A DNA stretch of 64,000 nucleotides from Isurus oxyrinchus (taxonomy: Eukaryota): the NCBI GenBank assembly GCA_026770705.1, contig JANJGN010000006.1, positions 70,742,001 to 70,806,000 of the forward strand, given 5' to 3'. The position numbers and the translations under genes were made by a program. Shown in pieces: positions 12,310-24,848 of this stretch; within the stretch, counting starts at the first letter, position 1, and the number at the start of each line of letters is the position of its first letter. A model generated the notes under the pieces. That model made no database searches, was not told the origin of the DNA, and worked only from the letters and a program-made list of their open reading frames with translations.

Positions 12310-14005
12310 CTAAATCTTCTTAATCTTTTTAACCCTGCCACTATGCCTTGGTGTTCCCTGACATCCACAGTGCAGGTGGAGGCAGCCTGCTGACTGCTAC
12401 GCCTTTGTCTGTGATGCCTTTGGCAGACATCCTCGGGGGTGCTGAGAGCTGGAGAGCCCTGGTTCTTTCGGGGTCCTGCTATATATCAGTGGCACCCCCT
12501 GTAGCCTATGGAGCCAAAGCTGCTGGGATCACAGGAACAAGGGCTTCGAATGGGCCGGACACTCCCAGAGTTACCTGGATGGATGGCCCCAGGGTGTGCA
12601 CCTGTTGATCCTTCTCCCTACACGGGTGCCTGAGGGCCCCTGGCTGACCCCTTGAGAGGAAGGTGCAGCTGGATTGAGCTCAGGATGCCCCTCCCTTCTC
12701 TCATGTTGACACTATTTGCCTCAGCAATGGAGTTCATCTCACACAGCAGTGCAGGATCAATGTTCAGGACCAAGGTGTCCATGGCGGTCGCCATCCTACC
12801 ATTGTTGACCTCGGCGTGTTGGCGTGCCGGTGTTATCACCTCAGACTGAAGGTGGACGGACTCCTCCATCGTGCCTTGCAATCTGAGGAGTGGAGCGGAC
12901 ATCCCTTCCTGATGTTCCCGAGCTTGCCTTTGCAGCTCCAGCAACTGAGGTATAACTGAGTCCGGTGGATCCTCATGTGGCTCAAGCTCAGCAGATTTCT
13001 GGCCTCTAATAATCGTCCGAGTGATGGACACCTGGGAATTCTCTGCTGCTGCCTGCTGTGGATCAGACAATGCAATGTGCTCACCAGATTGTGACCCCAA
13101 GGCTACTCTAGAGCTAGGCCCCACCAAGGTGTGTTTCTCTGCACCGGCGGAGGGTGTGGGTGAGTGCTGAGATGGGTTTTCAGTTAGGGTGTCATCAGAT
13201 TTTTCTTCCCTTGGAGGTGTCCTTGGGGCTTGAGTCGAGGACTTGACTACTTCCTAGGCATGTCTGTGAAAGCAAGGAGAGATAATTAGTGCATGGCAAA
13301 GGTCTGCAGAATAGGGGAACTCACTCACAGCAGCATCATCTGGTGGAAATTGCGCTGCTGGATTCTCACTTGCTTGAATGCTGCCAACCTCACCATCAGC
13401 ACAGGAACGGTCCAGATCGTCGTCAGCCAGACTGATGGCTCTATTTTCAAATTCTTTGAGGGCCTTAATGTCTGGCATTCCTCCACCAATCTGGGACCTC
13501 TCCCTTTTGTTGTGTGCCAGCTTGTGCATGAAAACAGATGGAGAGAGTGTAAGCAGGATGCCTGCCAGGGCAGATTAGAAGGATGCCTGGCATGTGTGGC
13601 TGTTGAGTGGTGCCATGGGCTGGATGAGGACACTATCTGCAGGGCAGATAAAGGTGTGTGTGAGAGTGTTAATGGTGATGTTCCTTGAAGTGACAATGAA
13701 TGAGATCCCTGTGGATGTGTGATGGGTTTGTGGGTGTGAGGGTTGAGAGTGATGAGGACAGTGAATTACCCTGGTGGAACAGAGAACGTTCATCCTTTTT
13801 CGGCACTAAGTGGCTGTCCTTTTGCAGGATGTTGTCACTGACCACCCGCCACTGCCTCCCATGCTGAACTGGTGACCTTGCTTGCTGGTCTTCGCTCAGA
13901 GTGGGGGTACCAGACTTTGCAGCGGGCCTCCACTGCATCCTGTAGGTGCTTGAAGGAAGTGTTGCTAAATTTGAGGGCAGCATGTTTACCCCCTTTGGCA
14001 GACAT
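12310..14005 (-). pseudogene. Harbinger Myb/SANT-like accessory gene, three exons, decayed
   Basis: MSAKGGKHAALKFS..LQDAVEAR..AWEAVA..CRKRMN, donor gtaatt near 13768. Then KLAHNKRERSQIGGG, donor gtgagt near 13329, acceptor ttcacag near 13265. Coiled-coil-like LLELQRQAREHQ and basic end RVKKIKKI*. Confidence 0.78.
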
Positions 14006-14281
14006 GACTTTCCAGCAACTTTTGATCCCTTGGAGAGTGCTAGCTCTGTGCGTGGCTGCCCTTTAAATATGGCGCCCAGGTTACATAAGGCCTGAGGTCA
14101 TGGTGGGGCGGGTGAATCAGAGGCTACCCCACCAGCGATCTGACATGAAGCCCGCGCCTCTATGTTTTTGAGACAAAGTGCTGCACGATATGGTGGGAAA
14201 AAGCTGCCTGTTGTAGGCGGGTCAAACGCCCCTTTTACCGCCCGACATCAGACTCGACTGATTTCTGGGGTGATTCTGCCC

Positions 14282-14905
14282 AAAATACCAAAAATGGCAA
14301 GATTTTGAAAAGTGTAGATGAGTAGCGTGACCTTTGTTACTTGAACATAAATCCTTAAAGGTAAACATAAAGCAAGCAATCATGCTGGAACTTTATAAAT
14401 CATTTGTTAGGCCACAGCTGGAGTCTTGTGCACAACACTGGGCACCGCAGTTCAGGAAATGGTACAGGGGAAATTTAGCAGCATGTTAACAAGAATAAGC
14501 ACTTCAATCATGAGGAGGGGTTTGGAAATGTTATGACTGTTTTCCCTTGGAACAGATAAGTTTAAGGGATGATCTAATAGAGACTTTCATGATGAAACAT
14601 TTTGATAGAATAAATAAGATGAAAACCCTTTGGTGTATGGGTCAATAACTAGAGGTTCCAGATTCAAAATCATTGGAACAACATCTAGATGAGGAGAAAT
14701 TATTCAATTGAGTTGTCAGGATTTTGAACATTTGTCCTGGGAAGGCGGTGGAAATGACCCCATAAATAATGTTAAAGGGAAGTTGGTCAGGTACTTGAAA
14801 ATGAAGATCTAGGGTTTTAGATACAAAAAAATGGGGATGTGGGACTTAACACAACTACTCTTTTGAAAGGCATGATGGACTGAATGGCCTCCCTCTGTCT
14901 TGTAA
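14282..14905 (+). mobile_element. CR1 LINE 3' part, right half of the host of Harbinger 1
   Basis: gttaggccacagctggagt (RPQLEY) and the 3' UTR motif gatggactgaatggcctcc. Confidence 0.8.
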
Positions 14906-15044
14906 GTTTCAGTAGCAAGAATAATTGAGCAAACCAACCCCCACCCCCACCAGTGGTCACATTCAGCCAGGCAATACCGTTTTATGATGAAAGAGATGTT
15001 TATCTTGTAATGCGTAATGTATTACATAGAACAAGATTTCTTTT

Positions 15045-15280
15045 TACTCATTTACAGGATGTGGGTGTTACTGGCTAGGCCAGCAATTACTACCCATCCC
15101 TAAGTTCCCTTGAGAAGGTGGTGGTGAGCTGCCTTCTTGAACCACTGCAGTCCCTGTGGTGTAGGTACACCCACAGTGCTGTTAGGGAGTTCCAGGATTT
15201 TGACCCAGCGACAGTGAAGCAACTGCAATGTATTTCAAAGTCAGAATGGAATGTGGCTTGGAGGGGAACTTGCAGATGGA
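15045..15280 (-). mobile_element. 3' end of LINE family B (CR1/L2 group)
   Basis: Reverse complement of the tail seen at 43620-43807. Confidence 0.8.
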
Positions 15281-16104
15281 GAAAACAAAACTGGAAAACA
15301 TTCAGCAGAATGTGACAGAAAGGCAGATTGGTTTTTTTGTAGTTTGTTTTCGATTTGTTTTGTCTCAAGCTTCCTTCTGCATACTTTGTTTGAATGCTCT
15401 CTCATTGGGCCCAATTAATGTGTTTCAGTTATCATTTGTGCCAGATTTCATTAAATATACTGATCAATGCCACTTGATCGAAAAGCTTCCAGATTTGTTG
15501 GGCATTAACATGCTTTTTGTGCAAACATCTAATCACAAATTAAAGGTTAAGCTTTTTCTCCAGTAAGTATACAATCGTTCTCAATTCTGCTGGGAGTTTA
15601 AATCATTTACAAGTTTTATATATATAAAAAAATTACACTGCTTTAGATGAAAGAAACATGGATGGACTGTTTAATATTTACTATAAACTAAGTAAACACA
15701 ACCTTGCAGATATTGTTTAAGCTGCAAGTGGACAATAGTGGACACTTATTTGGTATTATTCACGTGGTAAAATGTTTGTTCCCATTTCTGCTGTTGAGAA
15801 GATTGCAGTAACATTCCTGGCTTTGCATGCCTCAAATGCCATTCCTTAAAATACGTTTCTTGCTATTGTTCCTTGAGAGATGTGCTCTCCTGTGTCTCCA
15901 TAGTTCTCAGAATCTTCCAGCATAAAATATAGTTATTTGGTCTATCCTGCCTGTACTGACTCATTGAAAAAACTGTACAATTAGTCCCAGTACCCTGTTC
16001 TTTACCTATAGCCCTGCAAATTTTTCTTTAATCACAGTTAGAAATGCAAATTGCTCGATGATATAAATGTATCACAATTTAGGCAGAGATACGTTTCTCC
16101 GATT

Positions 16105-16370
16105 GAAAAGCAGAATACTGCAGTTGCTGAAAATCTGAAATAAAAACAGGAAATGCTGAATAAAAGCCTCAGCAGATTAGGATGCATCTGCATAGAGAGA
16201 GAAACAGTGTTAACATTTCTTGTTCCACCCACCCCTTGCTCCAAACCTATTCAATCTCTAACTCTCCCCCTATTCTGATGGAACGTCACAGGCCTGAAAA
16301 GTTAACACTGTTTCTCTCCCTGCACAGGTGCTGCCTAGCCTGCTGAGAATTTTTCCAGCATTTTCTATTT
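16105..16370. mobile_element. Two short Penelope 3'-end fragments in opposite orientation
   Basis: 16105-16220 is on the minus strand and 16270-16370 on the plus strand. Both carry the gatgctgcc..cctgctgag terminus. Confidence 0.6.
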
Positions 16371-16959
16371 CTCCCATTGCATTGGTAGCTGATAATGTGG
16401 ACAGACTGAATGGGAGAGACTGTCAAGAAGGGGATACTGAGGCGATGGGATGGGTGGACTCAATGGAGGCGGATCTGGAATGGAACCAGAGTACTCAAGG
16501 TAAGAGCGGATTGGTTGGGAAGAACTTTAGGCATGCTGGCCAAAGAATTTGGAGCTGGAATGATCTATGGTTGGAAAAATGTGTGTGAATGTCTTATTCC
16601 ATTCCGCTGGAGTGGCAGCTCTTTATTCACGGATGCTGATGTTACATGTGTTAATATTGGAAGGAAAGATCCCGTGGAAGAGACCAAAAACCAGGAAAGA
16701 CAACAAATTTAGACACCAGTTCCATGAGAGATGATAGGGCTGAAAACTCAAAACTTACTGCATTTGGCAATTTTATAGATTGTTTTATGTAAATTAGTTA
16801 TTTTTTTCCTCATTTTAAGTTTCTTTCAAGGTCTATGCACTTGGTAGGCTGAGGAACCAAGATGGCAGCTTAAGGAAATCAGCGATTCGGTGATTTACAG
16901 AAATTGTTGATTCTTGATTAGTAGCTTTCAAATAGAGATCAATTGTGTATGTAGTTAGT

Positions 16960-17290
16960 GCTTTTTCATTTTGCCCATCCCTAATTGCACTGAAAAAGTG
17001 GCGAAAGCCATTCTTGAACCATATGTCAATGCTAGTTACAATTGAGCGGCTTGTAAGGCCATTTCAGAAGACCATTAAAAGCCAAAAGCACTGTTGTGGG
17101 ATTGGAGTCACACATAGACCAAGGTGGGTGACAATGACAGTGTTCCTTTCCTAAAAGGCTTTAGTAATCATTTGGGTTATCAACAGCTTCATGGTCACTT
17201 CTTTCCCCTGGTGTCAGTTATTTTTCAAACCAAATTCAAATTCTCAAACTGTTATGGTGCAATCGAACTCCTGTAATTCATGGCTGGTAG
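16960..17290 (-). mobile_element. tRNA-headed SINE / deleted LINE-B derivative, old
   Basis: LINE-B tail tgcccatccctaattgc joined to the body seen at 22160-22300 and 43130-43270. Confidence 0.65.
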
Positions 17291-17453
17291 CTTTTCCTAC
17301 AGGTATAATAGTTTGTGAGCAGACAAAGAGTATGTTTCTTATATACAAATACAAAGTGAGCACTTTGTGTAGTGCAAGGTCCTTTATTACTCAATGGGTT
17401 TGTGTGTCCTGGAGTTTACTACAGTTTGTGTTTGTTACTGTAGAGGTTTCGAT

Positions 17454-17904
17454 GGCCAGAATTTTCAGCTCGGGTGCCTGCCGAGCTGTCAAAGGCCTAT
17501 TAAGGCCATTTAAAAACTAATTAAACTAATAAACTGAGCTGCCTGTCCAGCCTTAAGGGTGGTGGGCAGGCGAAGAGCTCAGGCGGCCTTCGCATTTTTC
17601 ATAGAACCTCATCCACGGGCGGGATGAAGTTTCATGAAGGGTTCATGAATTGAATAACATTTTTTATAAAAAGTCATTGACATGTCCCAGCTCATGTGAC
17701 ACTGTCACATGAAGAGACGTCTTAAAAGTTTTTCTTTTCTTCATTTAGATTTTTAAAACTTAAACTAATCTCCGAGGCACCTGCGTGCACGCTCAGCACA
17801 GGAAGGGCTCAGCGTAAAATGGCGGTGTGGACCCGATCAGGGGCACCAATCGGGTCCACGCCCGCCCCGCACAACCCCCCCCCGATGGGGCGATAATTCT
17901 CCTC
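17454..17904. mobile_element. Harbinger-type MITE
   Basis: Begins ggccagaattttc. Shares aaaggcctattaaggccatt and ctcatgtgaca..gtcacatga with 18669-19292. Confidence 0.7.
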
Positions 17905-18199
17905 CATGGAATTTTGGCTGTTTGCAGGTAACCTCAGTTCTATTTGAGATTCCTATCTGGAAGGCACACATGCACCCAAGACAAAACTAAAATTGGACAC
18001 CTTCTCAGCATGACTGAATATTCATTAACATTTATATCCAGGTTCATACAAAGTGAGTAATTGGTGCTCCATGGGTCCACAGGATAATTACAGATAAATG
18101 TTTACCAATCTTGCTAATACCTTCAGAGCAACATTAGTATAGTCAGGGTGGGATTCAATAGCATCATGGGTTAATGACCACTGCAAGTTTAACTTAACC

Positions 18200-19580
18200 T
18201 CCACAGGCAATTACAATGATTAAATCCCATCTTTAGGTCTGGAATTGACTTGAACCCTTACAGCAAAAAGAGAACTGATGTAAACTTCATAGTTTCACTA
18301 CTGCCTTGTTTCTCCACCCTAGTCACTGTCTCATGCCCAGCCAGACTATATGCAACCTCAGTGTGCTGACCCTGAGTTAAGTTCCAGTTCTGTATTTCTT
18401 TCATCACAAAGACTGTCTTACTTCCATCTCTGTAATATAGTTTGCATTCAACCCTCCTTAGCCTGCTGCTGAAACACTCATCCATGATTTTGTTACCTCC
18501 AGATTCAGATATTCCCAATGGGCAGCCTCCCATCCTCCACCTTCAATGAACTTTGCTTCCCAGAACCAAATTCCATTTGTCTGTCTTTGTTCCCCTACAT
18601 TAGCCCCCAATTCCCAAACGAAACATTAACATCTATCTTTGTAATCATCCACAGCACTAAAATGCTCTGGGGGTAAAATATTGAGCTCAGCGTACGGATG
18701 TAAAATGACGCGCGATTTTGTCGGATGACCGTCCTGATGTCATCACACAGTCCTGTGATACTTCATTCAGCAGGCATCCGCCGAAGTTGGCAGCGCACCC
18801 GCCGACAATTAAAGGCCTATTAAGGCCATTAAAAAGTAATTACATTCAAATTTACGCTGCCCGTCCAACCTTACAGTTGGTGGGCAGGCGAAAACGTCAA
18901 GCTTTCTTTGTGCTTTTTAGCAAACCTTATCCATGGGCGGGTGAGGTTTCCTAAAGCAAATAAAAATAAAATTAAAATTTTACACTTGAATTAAAAACAT
19001 GTCCCTGCTCATGTGACAGGGTCACATGAGGGGACATATTTTATGACATTTTTATTTTTTTTGTTAGTTTTCTTAAATAGCGCTTCATCTACCTGAGACA
19101 GCTGTGTGTGAAGTTCATGCTAGGCCCACTCGCCCTCCTCCTCCCACTTGCACAGGCAGCGCTTAGCGCTGCAACTCACGTTTCACGCTGAGTGGGCCTT
19201 AATTGGCCCGCCAACATAAAATTGAGGTGCGATGCCGATCACGGCTGACAGTCGGCTTCCCGAGCATCCCCACCAAGGGGAAAATTCTGCTCTGTGTTCC
19301 TCTGATTGCAGTTCTTGTGCAACTCTTTTTCCCTTTACCCCACCATTTGGCAGCTATGCCATTCAACACTTAGGCACCACAATCTGGAATTCTCTTTCTA
19401 ACTTCATTTGCTTCTCTTCCTTGAATACCATCCTTAAAGCCTACCTCTTTGGCCAAGCTTTTGGTCATCCCTCTTAAATCCTTCCTTTCGCTTAGAATCC
19501 ATTTTTCTCTCCTTACACTTCTATGCAGTACCTTGGAATGCTTTCTTAGGCTAAAAGTTTTATATAAATGCAGTTGTTAG
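18200..19580 (+). mobile_element. L2 LINE 3' fragment, interrupted by a MITE
   Basis: ctgctgaaacactcatccatg..tttgttacctccaga (L2 RT C-terminal region) and tail tatataaatgcagttgtt. Confidence 0.7.
18669..19292. mobile_element. Harbinger-type MITE inside L2
   Basis: Ends ggggtaaaatatt / aaaattctgctc. Same family as 17454-17904. Confidence 0.7.
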
Positions 19581-19659
19581 TGTAATTATGTTTAATACAG
19601 GGTAACAAACTCCCTACATTTCTTTGCCAGTTTTATATCCTGTCACAGTACATAACCAC

Positions 19660-20851
19660 AACACAAATGTATTTTCTTCAGTTTTATTTTTTATAGAATG
19701 TGTCCAGAAAGGAATGTACAAACAATCTTTGAGAATTGTGATCACAGAGTATGTATAAACTTATATCAAACATTCTCAAATCACACACACACACAGAGAA
19801 TGCCAACAGCAACTGCCAAAGAATTTCAACTGAGTTTCTCGTCAGACTCAAGATGATTACTGATCTTGGATCCCTGTCAACCAGCCATACTTTCATTGGT
19901 GAGATTTTATCTGCACAGTAAATGTCAGAAGAAAAAAGTAAACATTTTAAGCATCCTGCCCACAATGGCTGAAAATTGTACAGTAATTAAAATACCAATT
20001 CTTTAGATAATGCATCTGTTCCCACACATTTTATATTCATCACCTTAGAAAACGTACATAAAAATATTGTTTTATTTTTGTTGAAGTAGACACAAACAAT
20101 TTACAACATTAGAGATCTATGTACTTTGTATAAAGGGAATGTTTTAATTTGCAGAAGAAATGCACAAAAAAATCAAGTCTAGAAAATGAAGAATAAAATA
20201 AAGTTAAAGTTGATTCACATATTCAATACCAGACTTATTTCAAATCAAGTGCAATATTTGTCTTTTGGGTCTATCCACACCTTCAGTAATATACGTTCAT
20301 CACCTCTTAAGAGCATTTTTGATTTCCTCATCTTCATATCTTAAACAAATTACTAGAAATAAAAATGTTGATGTTTTATCTATCAAGCGCATTGATATTA
20401 ATCAGCACCATATAAAATAGAAAAAAATGTAATAGAGCATGTATGCTAAACTCTCAATTTATAGTATTCAATTAAACCAGAATAGAAATGACCCCCACAT
20501 AGAAAGTCTCTTTTTTATATATAAATGTGTGGCTTAACAACAAACAAAAGGAAAAAAGAAAGTTCATTGCAAATAAATCTCTGGATATTCAATTATTTAT
20601 GGCTTTTTTGCAACATGGCAAAAATTGCAGCTCAAAGCAGACATTTCCTCACAGAGGTGGTTAAGGTTGTTGCAGTCCATTTCCTGCAGCCTCATATTAA
20701 TTTTATGGCAGCATGCATGTTGCATATTACAAGTTATTTTGCTTTGTTTACAGCACGCACATTTGGATTAAAATAATGAATATTTACTATTCAATGGATA
20801 CTATTCAAAAGGTCCAAATCATATGCGCTACTTTGTTTGTTTCTCAACAGC
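19660..20851 (-). other. MAN1A1: Probable MAN1A1 3' UTR (AT-rich, repeat-free)
   Basis: Unique AT-rich sequence directly after the stop. Minus-strand AATAAA at 20076-20071 and 19688-19683. The distal end is inferred. Confidence 0.55.
19683..19688 (-). terminator. Candidate polyadenylation signal AATAAA
   Basis: tttatt on the plus strand, with GT-rich minus-strand sequence (TTTGTGTTGTGG) just downstream. Confidence 0.45.
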
Positions 20852-20980
<129 letters not shown>

Positions 20981-22103
20981 TTAAAACAGATGAGGGACAT
21001 AATATAAGGACACATTGATTTTACTACACATACGGGGCTCAGCATTTTAACAGTCATAGGTAACATAATTGATGTGTAGCACATAAACATGATTTTAATG
21101 TTGCTACAATTATGAGGTTTATAAGATTGTTATATTTTGGGACTGTCTCTTAAATTGAAGGTAAAATGAAGATTGCCCTGGAGATGAGCTTTGAGAGGGG
21201 AAGAGTCTAAGGTATACCTGAAAATTCACAGACAAGGTTAGCCTACCAAGATCCCAGAGAGAGAAAGCACCTGTAGGCAGCAGGATGTATTTCACTAATC
21301 AGGAATGAAAGTGGGAGTTCACACTTGGATCGAAAAGACCAAATGCACAAGGAGTGGAAATGAAGCTGGAAGGTTCGCCAAGCTTATGCTAGAGGAAGTA
21401 TATTCAGGGAAAAAAAGCTCACTGTGAAAGACAACTCTAAAATTACCAGGCTGGGAAAGGAAATGAACAGAAGTAAACCATTGGGAGCGAAGAATCAGTC
21501 TCCATGGGGATTGTAACAATGTTAATATGTAAAATTTTAGATCCCTCCAAAACTCTTAACAATGTCATTAACATGGAGAGCTGTGAGTAGCACCTATATT
21601 CTTAGAAGTCTTTTTAAAGTTCAACATGGGTCTTGGCTTGACACTAATTTTCCAAAAAGGAGATCTGTAAAAGCAAGTTTTCAAATCAAATGCTCACATA
21701 GTTCCACCTTTAGCAAATATTAATTACCTTTTTTTTTATCAGTTTTAACATATTCATATGAACATGGCAGCTACACACAATCCTGTAGTAGATGATTTTG
21801 TGAGATACAAATCCTTTTTGGCAACAGAAGAAAACAAATCAAAGGATTCTCCTTTTACTCTCCTGAAGTAGCTAAGTTGGCACAAGTTTATTATTAATGC
21901 TCAGGTGAATTCACTTTAAAAGTTGTTGAAATGTACCCAATCCTAATAATGGTAAGTTAATACTGAACGGCTCAAATCTCCTTTTGTGGAAAAATTTGTT
22001 TATTCCAATATGCTTTAAAAAACATCCTGATCTAATATGAAGAAATATTATCATTTCTTCATAACTAAAGCTTGAATTTCTCATGAATGAACAATTTTTA
22101 AAA

Positions 22104-22446
22104 ATTCATTCATGGGATTTGGGCTAGGCCTGCATTTTTGCCCATCCCTAAATCGCCCTTGTTCAGAGGGCATTAAGAGTCAACCACATTGCTGTGGGTC
22201 TGGAGTCAAATTTAGGCCAGACCAGGAAAGGACAGCAAATTTACTTCCCTCATTAGTTAACCAGATGGGTATTTATGGCAATCAACAATGGTTTCATGGT
22301 CATCATTAAACTTTTAATTCCAGATTTTTATTGAATTCAAATTCCACCATCTGCCATGGCGGGATTCAAACCCAAGTCCCCAGAGCATTATCCTGAGTTT
22401 CTGGATTACTAGTGCAGCAACAATACCACTATGCCATTGTTTCCCC
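22104..22446 (-). mobile_element. tRNA-derived SINE with LINE-B tail
   Basis: A box TGGCATAGTGG (22436-22426), B box GGTTTGAATCC (22372-22362), tail gggatgggca..cccatgaatgaat. Confidence 0.85.
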
Positions 22447-24731
22447 TTAACAAACAATTTAGTAACTGACTTCAAAAGTACTTCATTGGATGTATGACAA
22501 TTTGGGGCATCCTGAAACATGAAAGGTGCGATTTAAATGCAAGCTTTGCCTCCATTCAAGAGATCAGGACTTAAAGTAGCAATAAAAATTGATCTATCAT
22601 TACTCTCTTGTTTACTAAGAGTTCTGTTAAACCTCATTCAAAGAAGTGTCCTAAGTAGGGGGTTTGGGGGGGTGCGGGTGGTTGACAATACAAGAAATTA
22701 AATAGGGTACGTTCAATCTTCCACTTAGCTGTAGCCAAAAGTCTTTAAATACAGGCATTGTTTCAAAAAAGTTAAGAATACCTTCCTCAAACATCTGCTT
22801 CACCCTGGCTTTGAAATGTACTACTGTCTGGACAGTGGGACAGAGATTCTGGTAGTTTGTTACATATCTAAGACCTAGGGATGAAGGGAATGTAAATGAA
22901 GTGTGGTATAACCACTTAGTCAGGTTCTTGGGCCAATTCAGAATTAAAACCTCAAATGTGAATATTTTCACTTAGTTCTATCTGCATACACAGTGTTCCC
23001 AAATCCTGGATGGGGAAAAGTGAAGAACAGCAGATTATATCCAACACATTTTCCATTGTGTTGAATGGTGCAATTAAAAATCAGGTTCTTGAGTTTGTGT
23101 TACTTTTGTGTTGCCAATATTTTATTGAGGGGGCCACACTCATAAATAGACCAGTAAATGTTCATACTATTGAAGGTACAATGCAAGAATTATAAAATGT
23201 CAAGTTTTTACCCTTTTTGCTCTCATTGTTTGACGTTTTGTTTGTTGAAATAATTCAGTATCGAGAGCTGTATTACTTACTATCTTGGACTGCAAACTTT
23301 GCTATTAGAGTATCTTGCGGAGGCACTCAGCATTGAAGCACAAGGAACAGGGTGAAGATGCTGTACTTACATGATACATTCCCCCAAAACATGCCAGAAA
23401 AAGTTAGGGCCAGTCCATTCCAGTGTAACATGGAAAAGTGGAGTCTTATTCTTTAAACTTCTAATTATTGTTGAAGGTATTAAAAGTAAAAAGGCATATT
23501 TTTAAAAAACTTGTGTCTTTTACCTCTCTCTCTCAATCCCATCTTTCTTTCTCTCACTGCATTTCTCCTGCTCTACATAATTTGGTATCAGATTAAATAT
23601 TTATAACTGGTTCAGAATCAGTAATGATTCTTCAATCTGATTAGTTTAGGAGATACAGAGTTACTAGAACTGTTCACATAGGATCCAGGTACCTTGTAGA
23701 GGGAACTGCAGTGAAATGGCTCACTAATCACAGCAAGTTCCAGTACAACAGCCCATCAAGACTTTGGGAAAGAGCAAGTGTAACAAATGGCGTTTGCCAC
23801 TCACTGAAAAACATGACCCATTGTTGCATTCTTCATAAATCTAAAAATTATTTTTACAGCCCATTGTGTAGCTGTAGGCAAATATTGCTACGTCCATGAT
23901 ACTGCAGAAAGTACCATTGAATAGCAGATTTTGTTTTGATTATATCTTCAACTACCTGCAAAAAATTTTCCATTGGTTTCTACACATGGAGAAGTATTCA
24001 AACAGCAAAAAAAAAATCCATTTACTTCACACAATACCTGCACACAGATGCATAAAAATAATTGCAATATTTTCCTTTACTTTAATTTGTATTTTCTAAT
24101 GGCAAATAAGAAAAGTCACACAAAGTTTGACAGAATAGACCATTACCGTAGCCGATCCTTTTGTTACAGAACAACTAGTAGGTAAAGAAACAGGAACTGT
24201 AGCAGGCTGAGGAGGATAAATAATTTGAGAATACCAAAATCCTCCACAAACCTAAATAATTGCTTAGAATCTCTGAGTTGAGCCTGTCATGATAAAGAAA
24301 AAGATGACAGATGCAAGTGGCCATCTGAGAATTTTACTAGATACATTGTGCAAGTATTCCATATTTCATAGAAAAGCAGTTTTAATTGAATTTGATAGCA
24401 GTTGGACTACTTATTGTAACGTATAGAAAGCCTCTTCCTGCATCCACACAACTAGGCTGGATGTTAATAGCATGTGCAACCTCTACCTAAGTTCTTTCTT
24501 TTCACTTCTTGACTTCTGAATTTAATTAGGATGTCCTTGGCTATTCAGAATTGGAGACTGATTCTTGGCCCAATATCACTTTTTTTTCAAAAATGATATA
24601 TCCTCTTTTTAGATCATACTCATATAAAGCTTTATATATACACACACACATACATATGTACCAGTGCTACAAATGGTACTTACAGACACTTCAGACTAGT
24701 AGCACTAAATCAATTAGTTTTCTTCTACTTA

Positions 24732-24848
<117 letters not shown>

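Larger units (their letters stand above)
9242..14281. mobile_element. Harbinger/PIF DNA transposon 1, near full length (about 5 kb), decayed
   Basis: Convergent transposase and Myb/SANT genes. Right end gattctgccc, degenerate left end tgccaagattttcc. Splits one CR1 copy cleanly. Confidence 0.88.

Noticed and set aside
22350-22446. tRNA gene
   Set aside because: A and B boxes are present but there is no intact cloverleaf, and it is attached to a SINE body and tail.
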